Assembly (NCBI RefSeq): GCF_006345805.1
Contig: NC_043002.1
Coordinates: 70,990,001 to 71,054,000 of the forward strand
Source of the DNA: Octopus sinensis
Lineage: Eukaryota
Direction: 5' to 3'
Length of the DNA: 64,000 nucleotides
In this document: piece after piece, positions 12,481 through 25,594 of the stretch
Position numbering within the stretch: position 1 is the first letter of the stretch
Layout of the letters: each line of letters begins with the position of its first letter
Made by a program: the position numbers and the translations under genes
The notes under the pieces: model-generated
What the model saw: only the letters and a program-made list of their open reading frames with translations
Database searches by the model: none
What the model was told of the DNA's origin: nothing

Positions 12481-13179
12481 AGAGAAACAAGAAGATAGAT
12501 AATAAGGGAAAGTGTATCAGTTAGTGGTCAGTCAAGATAATTTGAAAGTAGGAATGGGGAGATGAGGGTGATAGGGAGAGAAAGGTATTAGAGTGTAAAA
12601 AGATAAAAGGAATGGGCTGATAGAGAGAGAGAGAGAGATGTATAATAACGTAAAAGGTAAAGGAGTGTTAGTTACGTAGTGATAGAGTCTAAGTGATGGA
12701 GCAGTAAGAGGAGTAGAATTATGGAATGAAGAATTTAGGAATATAGATTGGGTGGTTGGACAGGTCAGTGCTTAGTAGTAGAAGAAAATATATATGTGAA
12801 GATGTATACATATGTGTATATAAGACATGTATATATATATTTATACAGATATTTATATATATATCAATATCTACATATATAACCCGTACTCATATGTGTA
12901 TGTACATATGCACATCCATATATACGTGTATCTGTATGTATCGCCCATGTACACGCAGGTATATATACCTTAGATACATACATACATTCACACATACACA
13001 CATGCATACATACACACATACATATACACCCACATATGCATGTACGCATATACACACGCATATTAGATGGCTGTGATATTCAAGTATGAGTGAGGAATTT
13101 GATAGGGATTAAGAGTTAAAAATGTAGATTTATAAGGTTATTGAGATTAACTAAGTGGTATTGTGGAAATATACTGTAT

Positions 13180-13440
13180 GGTCGTTTAGGCATTTGGATT
13201 TTGGTAGAATCTGAATGTGTAAAGAAGCGGTGGTTGCATGTGCTTAGTGACACATGTTTATTTAGCAGTACTGGAGAGCTGTGCTTTAATATGTGAAGTG
13301 CCTCCTTCAGGCAAAATTTGCAGGTTGAGCGTTGACTTCGGTAGGGAAGCCCTGAGTCCAGTATGGACTATGATAGAGAATAGGGTGTATTTGTATTTTT
13401 GAGATGATGTATGTGGATGGCGAGTGTTGTAGATTTACTT
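13180..13440 (-). pseudogene. PLE GIY-YIG endonuclease C-terminal fragment
   Basis: Hand translation SKSTTLAIHIHHLKNTNTPYSLS*SILDSGLPYRSQRSTCKFCLKEALHILKHSSPVLLNKHVSLSTCNHR matches the PLE pattern STxLSxHIxxLK...WSIL...CxLCLxE...LLNK...CxH, with TAG replacing the Trp codon. Confidence 0.75.
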
Positions 13441-14327
13441 ATCGAGCACCGTAAATTATGAACGCTAGGAAGACGAGCGTATGAAGGAGACAGTATAAGC
13501 ATGTTTAGTCTTTACAAAGGTTGTGGGTAGAAAGGTAGATTTTCTTTCGTCACATGTCAGCAACGAGAGAGTCGAGGAGGAGCAGTGAGAGAGAGGGAAT
13601 GGTGAAGATCAGAGGAGAAGAACAGGGAAGGGTGGTAAAGAAAAAACCAGAAAGGATGAAGAACAAACGAAGGAGAGAGAGACAGAAAAAAGATAGTAAA
13701 GATAGAAGAGTGCGTATCATAATTATTAAGATAAAACGTACTTGGAAAAGGATGAGTCGCGTTCGGTCATATAATAATATAAATAATATATAAATATATG
13801 CATATATACATACATATATGTACATACCTACATATATATGTATATATACGTGCACATATGGGTACAGGACATCAAGAAAACGTTGAACACAATGATAAAC
13901 TAAAACATAAAAACAAAAACATAGAAACGAACTTAATCACCTTGGATGAAAATCTGCAGACTTTGTTCCTTGAATAAATGTATATAATGCAGGGATTAAT
14001 TATGATATACGTTATATTCAGCATTATAAACAATGGGAAACCGCCTTCCTTTGAACTTTTTGGCGCAATACATACGTAAAGCAACATACTTTGCGATACA
14101 ATGTGTCTAACTAATGGCACTAACGGAAAATATATTATGATCGTTACTGGTGACAGTCAGAAATGGACATTTCTCGGTGCAGACTTTGTATTAATAAAGT
14201 TTCGTATATATGTTGTGAAATTTTCTCTGAACAAAATGTATTGGTTTGCGCCATCTGCGAATCTGAAAAGAAAACTCTACTACGCAGCAAACTGCCGGTA
14301 TGATTTATTTTTGATTACAGAAAATAT

Positions 14328-15021
14328 TGTAGGAGTGGCTGTGTGGTAAGCAGCTTGCTTACGAACCACATAGTTCCGAGTTCAATCCCACTACGCGGCA
14401 CTTTGGGCAAATGTCTTCTACTATAACCTCGGGCCAACCAAAGCCTTCTGAATCGATTTAGTAGACGGAAACTGAAAGATGCCCGTCATATATATGCATA
14501 TGTATATATCTATATATATAAAACTGTAGTTGTGTGAGTGTCTGTCTCCTACGATTTAGATTCCTAACTCCTCCCACATTTTGCGGTGCAGTTTAACCAA
14601 ATTCGGGTATCTTATAGTCGTGATTAATATCGAGCCCGTCTGGCTATTAGCGCGCGTCTACGATGAGTCTACGATTTTAAAAATAATTTAACATAATTTT
14701 TATTCCATTTTAATGCATAATTTTTCGTGTGTCGATGGCGGCGGAGTTGGCGTCCACGCTCAAACACCTGCACCTGTGTTTGCTTCTCCCCCTTCTTCCC
14801 TCCCTCGTGAAGCTGTGGGGAAGGGAGTTTAAGGAAATCAACGTCGTAATGCGTTGTCAAGGAGACCAGCGTTCTTTTAGAACGACTTCATGGCTTGAAG
14901 ACACCAAAACAGAAATGGCTAAGAAAGCCCGAATTGGCATCTATAAAGGAAGTAACTCTCTAAAAATGCTTATATAGTTATTTCCCTTACAAACCCGAGC
15001 AACGCCGGGCGATACTGCTAG

Positions 15022-15066
<45 letters not shown>

Positions 15067-15270
15067 TTCTGTGTCTGTGTTTGTCCCCCCAACATCGCTT
15101 GACAACCGATGTTGGTATGTTTATGTCCCGGTAACTTAGCGATTCGGCCAAAGATGCCGATAGAATAAGTATTAAGCTTACAAAGAATAAGTCTTGTGTC
15201 GATTTGCTCGACTAAAGGCGGTGCTCCAGCATGCCCACAGTCAATTGACTGAAACAAGTAAAAGAGTAAA
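14328..15270 (+). mobile_element. SINE family A split by a Helitron insertion
   Basis: 5' half at 14328-14508 and 3' half at 15022-15270 both match family A. Confidence 0.85.
14509..15021 (+). mobile_element. Complete non-autonomous Helitron
   Basis: 5' TC(TATATATATAAAA), 3' hairpin CCCGAGCAACGCCGGG followed by CTAG, inserted between A and T with no TSD. Confidence 0.9.
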
Positions 15271-16399
15271 ACCGTAGTACACTTAACGTTGAACACGATT
15301 AAGTTCCATTCTTTGAATAAGAATTGCCAGTCACATCGCAGTAAATTATATCATGACAATAACGCGTAGTAAACTGACAAAACCAGTTGGATTCTGAGTT
15401 TGGCGCATAAGAAAAATGAAGCCACATATCGCATACTTAGATGATATCTGAAGAGATTAATTATCCGACATGGTTAATATTCAAAACTGTGGCTGCCAGA
15501 GATACTACCGGATATTGGAACAATGCCTTACAACGCTGAAAGTGGAAAATATTCATATATACACAGAAGGTGCACTATAATAATGTATCCCCAGACAGCA
15601 CCAGTTGAGCATGAGTGAAAATTTCCCTGTAGACTGAATATTGGACAAGTTGTTCCTCTTAAAATTCGACAGTCAGTACAGTGTAAAATGCAAAAGGAAT
15701 TTAGGTAGCACGCACAAAGTTAATGCGGTTAGGAATAAATAAATACTAAGTGGATGCATAAAGCAGAAATACATTTTGTAACAGTTTTAGTCTGCGATAA
15801 TCTCTTAGTAGATTCGTTAACGAATATGGAATGTTTACTATTGAACAAATGGGAATTTTTACTTTTGATGGAAAAAATCTATTTGTTATCAGACACTGAA
15901 ATGACATGCTTATAGAAAATATTGAAAAGCATAAGTGTTATAAAATTGTCGGTAATCTATTGCCACTTACTTTTCGTGAATATTTACAACGAAGCTGCCA
16001 GTTGTGCTTTCTTCAAAGACTCATTACATAAATAGAAAACTTCCAACGGAAGCTCAATGAGGTCCAAAATTCCATACTACCTGATGTAGTAATGGCAAGT
16101 AACTCCTGCGAGAGTTCAACGAAAATAAAAGAGAAACTTTCTTACAAAAATATCTGCAGAGAGCTTTCATTTGCGAACCTGTTATAGGCAACTCGTTGGG
16201 GATATCACGTACAAGTCTTCCCCGTGAGACAATGTACCTTAAACAGTAGAGCATATAAGCACCATTTTCACAAAACCGGGGTCATTGATGTGTGAAGGGG
16301 GTTTCATCCAGTGGATGGCGACACGTATACTGAGCTTCTCTGAATGTCGTTGTGAGGTCAGATAACCGCACATAATATATCATTAGAAGTGAAGTCCTG

Positions 16400-18835
16400 T
16401 AAAACTGTCTTAATTTCTCGTCTTCTTATTTATATACTGTAGAATTGTTTTGTTAACGTTTACTTGTATTCGTTGTTCTGCATGATTTATCTGTCACAGA
16501 AGATAATTCTTGTAATGTTGTTTTTGCCGCTGTTCATTTTTGAAAGTTACATTACCACTTTTTTTATCTTCTACGGTTGTCTTCGTCTTATACAGTTTTT
16601 GGTTTTTGTCCATTTACAATCATATTTTTTCTTCTCTTCATCTTCTACAGATACTATCGTGTCCATTTTATGTCATGGTTTTCTTCTCTTCATCTTCTAC
16701 AGATATTATCGTGTCCATTTTATGTCATGGTTCTTCCTTGTGCGTTCTTTTCATTGCTTTCAGTCATTTTATTTTTCATGCTATTAAATTCAACTTTGAT
16801 GTTATTGTATGCTGATATTCCTAAGTTATTCTTAAGTTATAGTCTGCATCTTTCGTATTTTGTTTGAACATTTGTTCATGTTTTTCTAAAATAACGCTAT
16901 GAATGTTTGTATAGATGTTTTGTATATATTCTTAGTTCTGCAATTTAGGCAATATTTTTTTTCATTTTAGGTGTTAGTATTTGTTATACATATTAGTTGA
17001 TTTTCATAGTTTATTGTTATTCGAAATAAATTCTAATTCCATTGTTCATCACTGAATATTGTTGTAGCATTAGTTTTATTATTTCTCATATCGTCTGCAG
17101 TTCTTGTCATCATTTCTTTTGATTGTTTTTGTATTTTTTCCACTAATTCTGTATTTGTAATTTTGTTTCTCTTCTATTCTTTCACTCCGTGTTACTGTTT
17201 TCCTTCTTGTGTAATCTACTATGATCTTGTAATGTGTTTGTTTTCCTTTGATATAAATGGAGCTACCCATCCTTCCTTATGTTATCTTAGGAGAAAGTTC
17301 TTCTAATTTTGCTTTTGATAGTATTCATTAAAGAATATTGTTCAAATGGTAGTCGTATACACCTTTTGAGACATTGTTGCGGTTGTCATTATCTAAAGTA
17401 ATGTTTATGTATGTCAATCTTACTTCATGATTATCTTTCAGATTATTGTTTGTGTGTTTCATTCTCAATGTGCTTGTCGGGGTTGGCGATCCTTCAGTTT
17501 TACTTTGATATTAATACGGGCTTATTTTCATGAGATATAATCTGTTACCCATATCTTTTTGTTGAATTTTTGTGTCTTCATATTTAGCTACATTATGTAC
17601 GCTGAATCGTTCATTATGTATTTCAGCCTGTTTAATATCTTATCTATTTCTGTCTGTTAGGTTACATAATACTAGTTATTAGTTTTCGATTCTCAACCCT
17701 ATGTATACATTTTTTTACCTTTCATTCACTCTGTTTTATGTCGTCCTTCTTGCTTAATCTTACACAACTTTTATATGACTTCTTATTTTCCTGGTTGAAA
17801 AATTATGTTCTTTATTCATAGTTATCTTACATCCGAAAAGAATACTTTTTTTCTTCTGCTTTTGTCATTGGCTATTTCTGATAATTTTTCTTTTTGTATT
17901 CATATTTACTTATTTCATTTGCAATGATTCTGCATTCTTGTTTTTTTATGTAGTTTTCGTTTCTGTCCATTTATGTGTCCTTGTGTCGGTTTTTTCCCAT
18001 TGTCCTGGATGTTGTGGCTATTTTTGTAATATTCTTCCTTTATGGTATTGTAAAGATATTTTCCAGAGTTGTACTCTATGACTTTGGTGTTTGGTATCGG
18101 TTATATTATGTGTGCTGTATTTTCGTATGAATCCTTATTCTGTATTGATGGTAATATCTATTGTTCTATGTCGTAGGATCAATCTTTTAATTATATTATT
18201 TTTTCTTCACAACTTGTTATTTAAGTAAATCATTCTAATATTTCGTGTTCACATTTTCCATCTATGTTTTAGTGTTTTCGTTCTGGTTATATCTTCTGTC
18301 GATTTCCTTCGCGATTGCCTTTCATTATCTTAATTGGTCCCAAAGATTTTATTTCTTTTTGTTCATCTTTTTATCCCCATACGTTCAAGATTTGTGTTCC
18401 ATTCTTTCAATCAGTGCTTTATTTCAATCTCGAATTTTTTCACCAGGTTGTTCTTTTATTTTCCTTTCTTATACATTTTCTCCTGCACTTTATACTTAAT
18501 CTTTTCTGTCGTTTTACGATTTATTGAACTGTAGTTGTAATCTACGTTGATACGTTGTTCATATTTGCTGTCTGTCATGAGGTAAATGTGTTACAAACTG
18601 AAAAATAGACACGGTTGATGGGTATTTTTAGGTACATTTTTTTCTAATTATGACATTGCTATTATCCATCCGTTAGTATTATTGTAGTATTAATCTTAAC
18701 TTCTTTTGTATTTCCTGTTGCTTGAGTCATTGGTTGTCTTTGATCATTTTCATGCTTAGTCAAATTTAACTGTGTTCATCATTCTTCATCTAGTCTTCTC
18801 CATGCGTGTAGTTTTGCTGCTGCTCCTTTATTTCA
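16400..18835 (-). other. Strongly strand-skewed decayed segment, possibly an old LINE ORF1/gag-like region
   Basis: About 2.4 kb T-rich on plus and A-rich on minus, with no microsatellites; a possible broken CCHC knuckle near 17730-17770. No secure motif. Confidence 0.25.
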
Positions 18836-18848
18836 GATGATTTATATA

Positions 18849-18909
<61 letters not shown>

Positions 18910-19066
18910 GTGTGTGTGTGTGGTGTGTGTGTGTGTGTGTGTGTGTGTATGTTTGTGTCTGTGTATGTGTGTATACATATATATATAAGTATATGCATAT
19001 ATATATATGTGTGTGTAACATAACTCTATATCTATCTGTCTGTCTATCTATCTATCTATATATATA

Positions 19067-19374
19067 TCACGTGTCACGTGACCGACCAGACTATCAGATG
19101 TTGTTACACATCGCTGGTCACAATGCACTTCGCATTGTTTTAGCCTTCAAATGAGGCCACCTCGCTAGCTAATCGAGCAGGCCAACAGAAGAAAGAGTGA
19201 GAGAAAGTTGTGGCGAAAGAGTACAGCAGGGATCGCCACCACCCCCTGCCAAAGCCTTGTGGAGTTTTAAGTGTTTTCGCTCAATAAACACTCACAACGC
19301 CCGGTCTGGGAATCGAAACCGCGATACAACAACCGCGAGTCCGCTGCCCTAACCACTGAGCCATTGCGCCTCCA
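19067..19374 (-). mobile_element. tRNA-derived SINE, family C
   Basis: Minus-strand head GGAGGCGCAATGGCTCAGTGGTTAGGGCAGCGGACTCGCG...GGTTTCGATTCCCAGACCGGGCG with clear A and B boxes; no tRNA acceptor end; body differs from families A and B. Confidence 0.8.
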
Positions 19375-19379
19375 TCTAC

Positions 19380-19483
<104 letters not shown>

Positions 19484-20540
19484 TGTGTATTCTAGTGTGA
19501 TGTTACATCATTTAGTGTTAAAACCTGAAAATACAAACCAGGATATAAAATGGATACTTCAATAACAAACATGGCGGTGCCCCAGCATGGCCACAGCTCG
19601 TGAGCTGAAACTAGAATCAATCAAAACAAATGAAGTACGAAAGAAAAAATAAAAGAAATGTCATCGTGTGAAATATATCTCCGTTAGTGTTCATCATTAC
19701 CCATTGATTCCTTTCCAGTGTTTCTTACTTCATAAATCATTTTCTTAATAGTTCTGCAGCGATTATAATTTTGTTTATATTTCACTATATGCTTACTTAT
19801 TATTCGTTATTCTTGGATATTTATATCAAGTGTGGTTATACTTTTGATTCAACAACGTTGCTTTGTTTTTACATTCGGTTGAATATATTTTGCTGTATTC
19901 TCACTTCTTCAGCTTCAGTGGTGTTTATGCATGCACATGTTTGATACAGAACTAGATACGAGAATTAAAAGTAGGAAATCGGAAACAGAAAGTTAATGTT
20001 TAGATACTGAATTTAAGTATGAAATGAATAATATATATATGCATTTAAAAAGAGTTAAATTCTGTCCTTTATAGCTAGTAATATAGTTGGCAGATGCAAT
20101 GAAATTAATATTATATGATCTTGAAACTATATGTTTAATTACATTCTGTGTTATAAGTATTTCATTATAGAGTTAGGTTATCATATATGTTACTTTGTCA
20201 TTCTATCAATTTGTTTCATGTATTACTTCATAATGTTTGAAGGCGGCGACTTAGCAAAGTTGTACGCACGCTGGAAAAATGCTTCGCATCATTTCTTCAT
20301 TCTTACATTCATTTCGCATTCAAATTGTGTCGCGGCTGACAATGCCTTCCATTGTTTCGATTCACTAGTCGAGCAATGGAATCTACTTATTAGAATTTCC
20401 CTTCCCCAAAATTTCAAGCCTTCTATCTATAGTAGAAAGAATGATTGATATTTTTTTATTTGTATTTGTATTTCAATAATTCTCCAATATTAAACTTTGT
20501 TTTAGATCATTCATATCATATTTGATACTATTCTCATTTA

Positions 20541-20906
20541 TTAGCTCCGTCTTACCGAAGGCGAAGGTATTGTTTTCAATCGTGTTTGTTTCTTTGATTC
20601 TTTGTCCGTGGATAACATGTCCCAAGAACAACTGGATGGATTCAGATTCAGGGATGTCTGGCCTCGTGATTGACAGGAGCTGGTTAGATTATGGGACGAT
20701 CCGGCACCGTATAATGATTCTGGATTATTTTTCCTGGTTTTTTACTTAATTCTTGAGAGCGGTTGGATTCATTTTTAGTTTTCTCGTCAGCCAGAGCAGT
20801 CGAGTATATTTCAGCTATTGTCATTCTAGAAACCATCTCTGGCCAATCGCTGAGAGGACGTTGGTGTTGACTTGGCGGAGGTTTGCACCCTCTAAGGGCT
20901 CTTGTT
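20541..20906 (+). mobile_element. Non-autonomous Helentron (HINE-like)
   Basis: 5' TTAGCTCCGTC...GAAGGTATTGTTTTC, 3' TTGGCGGAGGTTTGCACCCTCTAAGGG (subterminal IR plus short hairpin). Confidence 0.55.
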
Positions 20907-21349
20907 CACTCATGTTTTTACGGTGGACAACTTATCTTTTCTTAATTTGTTAGTTCATCAATTATAATTATATTTATATTTCTTTTTATATGTCATTTGA
21001 GTGCAATATTGATCTTGGTTACAAGAGGAAGACAAGCGAAAATAGATAAGTTTTCTTGAAAATGAAATGAATGATAAAAACTTTCATGGAATAAAATGAG
21101 CCCTAAACATTCATGTCAAATGCAGATTCCGGTTTTATATTTTGTTCATTTTGTTTTGTTACATTCTGATTTCTTGAGATGGAGCTGACTCGTTTACTCC
21201 TTATATTTATTTTGAAAGATAAATAAAAGCCAATGTGTGTATTTCAAATGAATTTTTGGGAAGTGAAATAAAACGTTATGTAAACGATGTTATCAAAATA
21301 AAATATATTTATTTATCATAAATTATTCTTTCTAATTTTCGCAAAAGAC

Positions 21350-21545
21350 CAACAATATGGATAGGAGGTGCAAGTCGATTACATCAACCCCAGTACTAAA
21401 CTGGTAGTTCATTTACTGACCATGAAAGGATGAAATGTAAAGTCGATCTCGGTGTAATTTGAACTCAGAACATAAGAACACGGAGGGAATTCAGTTAAGC
21501 ATCTTTTACGACGTAGAAAAGAGTCTGCTAGCTCACTATCCTCCT
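21350..21545 (-). mobile_element. Decayed SINE family B (Meta-like)
   Basis: Reverse complement of TTCTGAGTTCAAATT...GTCGACTTT.CATTTCATCCTTTC; similar decayed copies near 2420-2540, 20240-20440, 45530-45690 and 55280-55400. Confidence 0.65.
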
Positions 21546-24500
21546 TTCATTACTATTATGATTTTTATAGTGTATGAACTAAAGTTTACACAGCAATTAT
21601 GTTTGATTTACAACTTTTCGTTAAGCCCTTTTGGTTTTGATTAAGTTTATTTTAATGCTTAATTTATCATTTTTGCTATTTAATCTTTGATCATATTCTC
21701 AAGTCTTCATATACGAAAAATTGTGGGGATTGATACGAATAATAACATATAATATCTTTTACAATTTTAGCTCTTGATCTACTGCCTTTGGTTTGAAATC
21801 ATTGATTTTTGCGTAGGTTGTACATATTTGTTAGTGTTCATAGTCCTGCAACTATAATTTTACTCTTGGTTTTTTAGTTGCTTCATATATGTGACTGTAT
21901 TCTTTCTTAGTTTTCTGTATTCTTACTTATTTTCACTTGATGTAATGCATTTGTTCTACACCTGTAAATAATACATCATTGAAAATCGGAAGGTGCAATA
22001 GTAAAACAAAACTTTATTAATAAATGTGAAGCATGAAACAAATAATAAACATAAAAAAATAAAACTACGATTTTACCTTTTAGGTTTTCATCTTTAGTGG
22101 TATATTTTTTATATTTATATTCTTGGTTGTATTCATGGCGCTTTATATTTAGTCTTGGTCATTAATCTCTATTACCCTATGATAGCTTATTCATGTTTCT
22201 TGGTTATATTGTTACTTTGTTTTTAGACGTCATCATTATTCATCTTATGTTGTACTGTTGTATACTTGTCTTTACTTTTATTGATATTGCTTATACATGT
22301 TTTAAAAGGAAAACAAAAGTAGATAATCAGCAGGTGGAAGTGAAAGTTTAGAAATTGAAATTAATTATGAAAATAATCATAAAACGAAAGGAAATAAACT
22401 ATATACTTTACTTCTACATATACACGGCGTCATTTCTGTATCCCCTAGGGAGATAAAACGTGGACTGGTGTGGTCGATACAGTGCAAGTTTAAGAACTAA
22501 GAAATCATTGTTAGTTGTTCAAGTGTTCTAAAAGTTGTTTATATATTTTTTGTATTTTTAATGATATTTGTTATTTTTCATAATTTATTAATGTTGCATA
22601 TTGGTTATGTATGTTTATCCTAGTGAATTTGTTCATCTTTGTTGAAAAGTACTCATTTTTCAGTTTCATTATTCTTTTCATGTTGTTTAACATTTTAATT
22701 TATTCTTTGTCATGCACCACTACTGTTGATTATGCAGCCTTTGTGAACGATATTTTTATGGTAAATATATTGAAAGTAACTCTGTATGTAGTCTTGGTAC
22801 ATGTGAATCTATTGTTTGATGTGTATAATTTGTTTAATTTTGCTTATAATGTTGAAAAAAATCACAAAGTAGGAGGCAAATGAAATTGCGCTGTATTGTA
22901 AAATTAACAATGCAAAGAAAACAAACCATATTTATCTTCATGACGACTTGGTTTAATTTTTTTTACCTTTAACAATGGTGGGGCTAGGAATAAAAACTAT
23001 TTTAGTCTTTGTTCCAGCATTAAAAGTAACTTTATTCTTTGTTCTGCGTGTGTAGTTATATTTCATGATATAATTGGATTAGCGGTTTTGTTCATTTTTG
23101 CTATTTATGCGTCATTCCTCTCGCCAATTAATACTACTTCTTTAATTAGGATTGTATTCTTGGTTGTTAATTATTTTAATTTTGCTTACAGGTGATGAAA
23201 ATTACATAAATAATAATTGAGTTTTAATCAAGATACCTTGGTAATTCAGCTCAGCTATGGTTAATTTCTTATTTCTATATCCCTCATCATTTGGTGTATT
23301 TAGAGCGCTTTCACTGTGATTTTCTCCTTTGCTCCTTACATCTCGTTATATTCATCTTTATAATTGTTAAATTAAAAATAGAAAATTTATGCTTCAAATT
23401 AAACTTTATAAATGGAAATTAATTATGAAACTAAGAATGAAATTCAAATAAATACAGCTTAATTAACTTTATGAAAACCTGACTTTAGTTAAATGACCCA
23501 CAGCTATTTTTATTGGTGGTAGAAACACAGAAATGGAAATTTCATTTATTCTGTAGTTTGTCATCCTGTTGTTTATTCATTTATATTTATTTAATCATTT
23601 ATAGTGAAATATTTTTTCAATATTTGTTTATAATATTAGTTCCTGATCTATGGTTGTTGGTTTTTCGCCATTGTTTTTTAGACTTCTTACTGCTTTCTTG
23701 ATGATTTTCATAGAGCTAGCGCTATGATTTATTGTTTGTTCTGCACAGTTGCTTATATATAAACGTAATTTTTTAAACCTTTTTCCTTAGTGATATGTCT
23801 TTGAGTAAAAAAAAAAAATTGTTCCTCATTGGCAGGTGTTATCAATTAAAACAAAACTATATAAATAAAATAAGCAATGGAAATTAATTATGAAGGAATT
23901 AGAATTAAGATAAAGCCTAGTCTCCTTAATGAAAATTTTGATTCTTCTGGTGTTTTGTTTTTATATTTATATACTCTGTATTTTGGTTATATTACAACTT
24001 CTATGTTTTCCTTCTTCCTCTTAATTGATAGCGTTTATTCTACATTTATTACAGATGTTAGGTGCTTTCAATTCCTGTTGCCGCAAAGCATTGTTTCTCC
24101 AGGTACTATCACATTCTGGGTTCTTAATTTTATTTTTAGTTTATTCAACAGATATATATATATGACATCTCATTATACCACAACCTCCTTCTGCACAATG
24201 CTTTTAGTTGTTTCATTTTCACTTGCGAAATAAACGCAAACTGATACACGTTTTGACATTCTAGAAAAGGTTACACATACCTTCATATGTGAAATTATTC
24301 AGACAAATATTTTTTCTAATTTAGAAGGTATTGGAGAAAGAGTCTAAGCGCCAGATATCTTCTTCGTGGAGGCATATCAAAAATCTTCACCTGAGAGCAA
24401 ACCTATGACTAAAATGCCAGCCATTGTATTTTATTGTCATTCTTTTAGAAAACAGTGTGCTTACATTAAAAACAGCCTTCCGCTGAGAAAATCCAGCAGT

Positions 24501-25369
24501 TCTAGTTTTTGTTTTAGTAAATTAAATCCTAATTATTTTTAAATAACTAAATGCTAACATTAAGATTTCGCTTCCGCGCATAATTTCCAAGGAAATAAGA
24601 TATAATCTCTGGTGGGACTAAAAGACAATTGAACTAGTTATATTTAAAATAGAAAATACAGTCAGAGCATGATGTAATACTTCATAGTTATAGACTAATA
24701 TGTAGACGATTAATATTGATGGAAAACTGTCGGTTCAGGTCATATGTAGAAAATTCTGAGGGGTAGCTTATAGTTTCATAAATGACAAGGTAATGATCTG
24801 GATTTCCAGAAAGGAAACGCTACTTTTCATATATAATTGAATTTTGGGGATATGGAAGATGTTAGGAATATACAATAAGTACGTTTAATGATATCGTATG
24901 TATCAGGGCTCTCTTCACATATATTTGCATTAAAGAGTAACATAGAATCCATAAAATACCAGTTGGTCCCCTCCACCAAATGTCAGGCCTTGTGCCAATA
25001 GTAGAAAGGAGCATTATCATTAAGGTGGCCAATAAGGCTGCTTTTCGCAAGACATCAATCTTGCATGGGATTTCAGGCTGCCTTATGAAGTCTTGAAGTT
25101 CAATGGGATTGAGCTCAACTCACCGATCACCACCGGTATCACTTTCACATAAACATCGCCCATTCCATACAATTTTGCTATTTCCACTTTCAATTCGGAG
25201 TACTTGGTGATTTTTTTCAATATCTTTACTCACAACATTCATGTCATTTGGCATGGCTACATCAATGATCTGACAGTATTTGTCTCGCTTATTAAGTATA
25301 ACAATATCTGGTTGATGGTGTTCTATTATACGATCCGTCTGAAAAACTTAGTGCAAGAGTACCGTTACT

Positions 25370-25371
25370 TT

Positions 25372-25453
<82 letters not shown>

Positions 25454-25497
25454 CCATCATTATCATTATCATTCTCATTATTATTATTATTATTATT
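25370..25497. repeat. (ATC)n-(ATT)n microsatellite at the 3' junction of the Dong-like element
   Basis: Directly visible. Confidence 0.95.
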
Positions 25498-25594
25498 CAG
25501 TAGTTTTATTTTTATAGCGTGCTTTCACTTCACTACCGAGCGCAGCTCTGTGTGCCTTGGGTATGTGCTGTGATTTGTTGTGATGCTCTGATGG

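Larger units (their letters stand above)
11823..13560 (-). mobile_element. Penelope-like element (PLE) relic: GIY-YIG C-terminus, low-complexity 3' region, terminal hammerhead
   Basis: See sub-features at 13180-13440 and 11891-11938; both lie on the minus strand in the expected order. Boundaries approximate. Confidence 0.7.

Noticed and set aside
15498-15525. About 20-bp similarity to the reverse complement of 37365-37390
   Set aside because: Too short and does not extend convincingly.
19290-19374. tRNA gene
   Set aside because: A and B boxes are present but there is no proper acceptor stem and the sequence continues into a SINE body.
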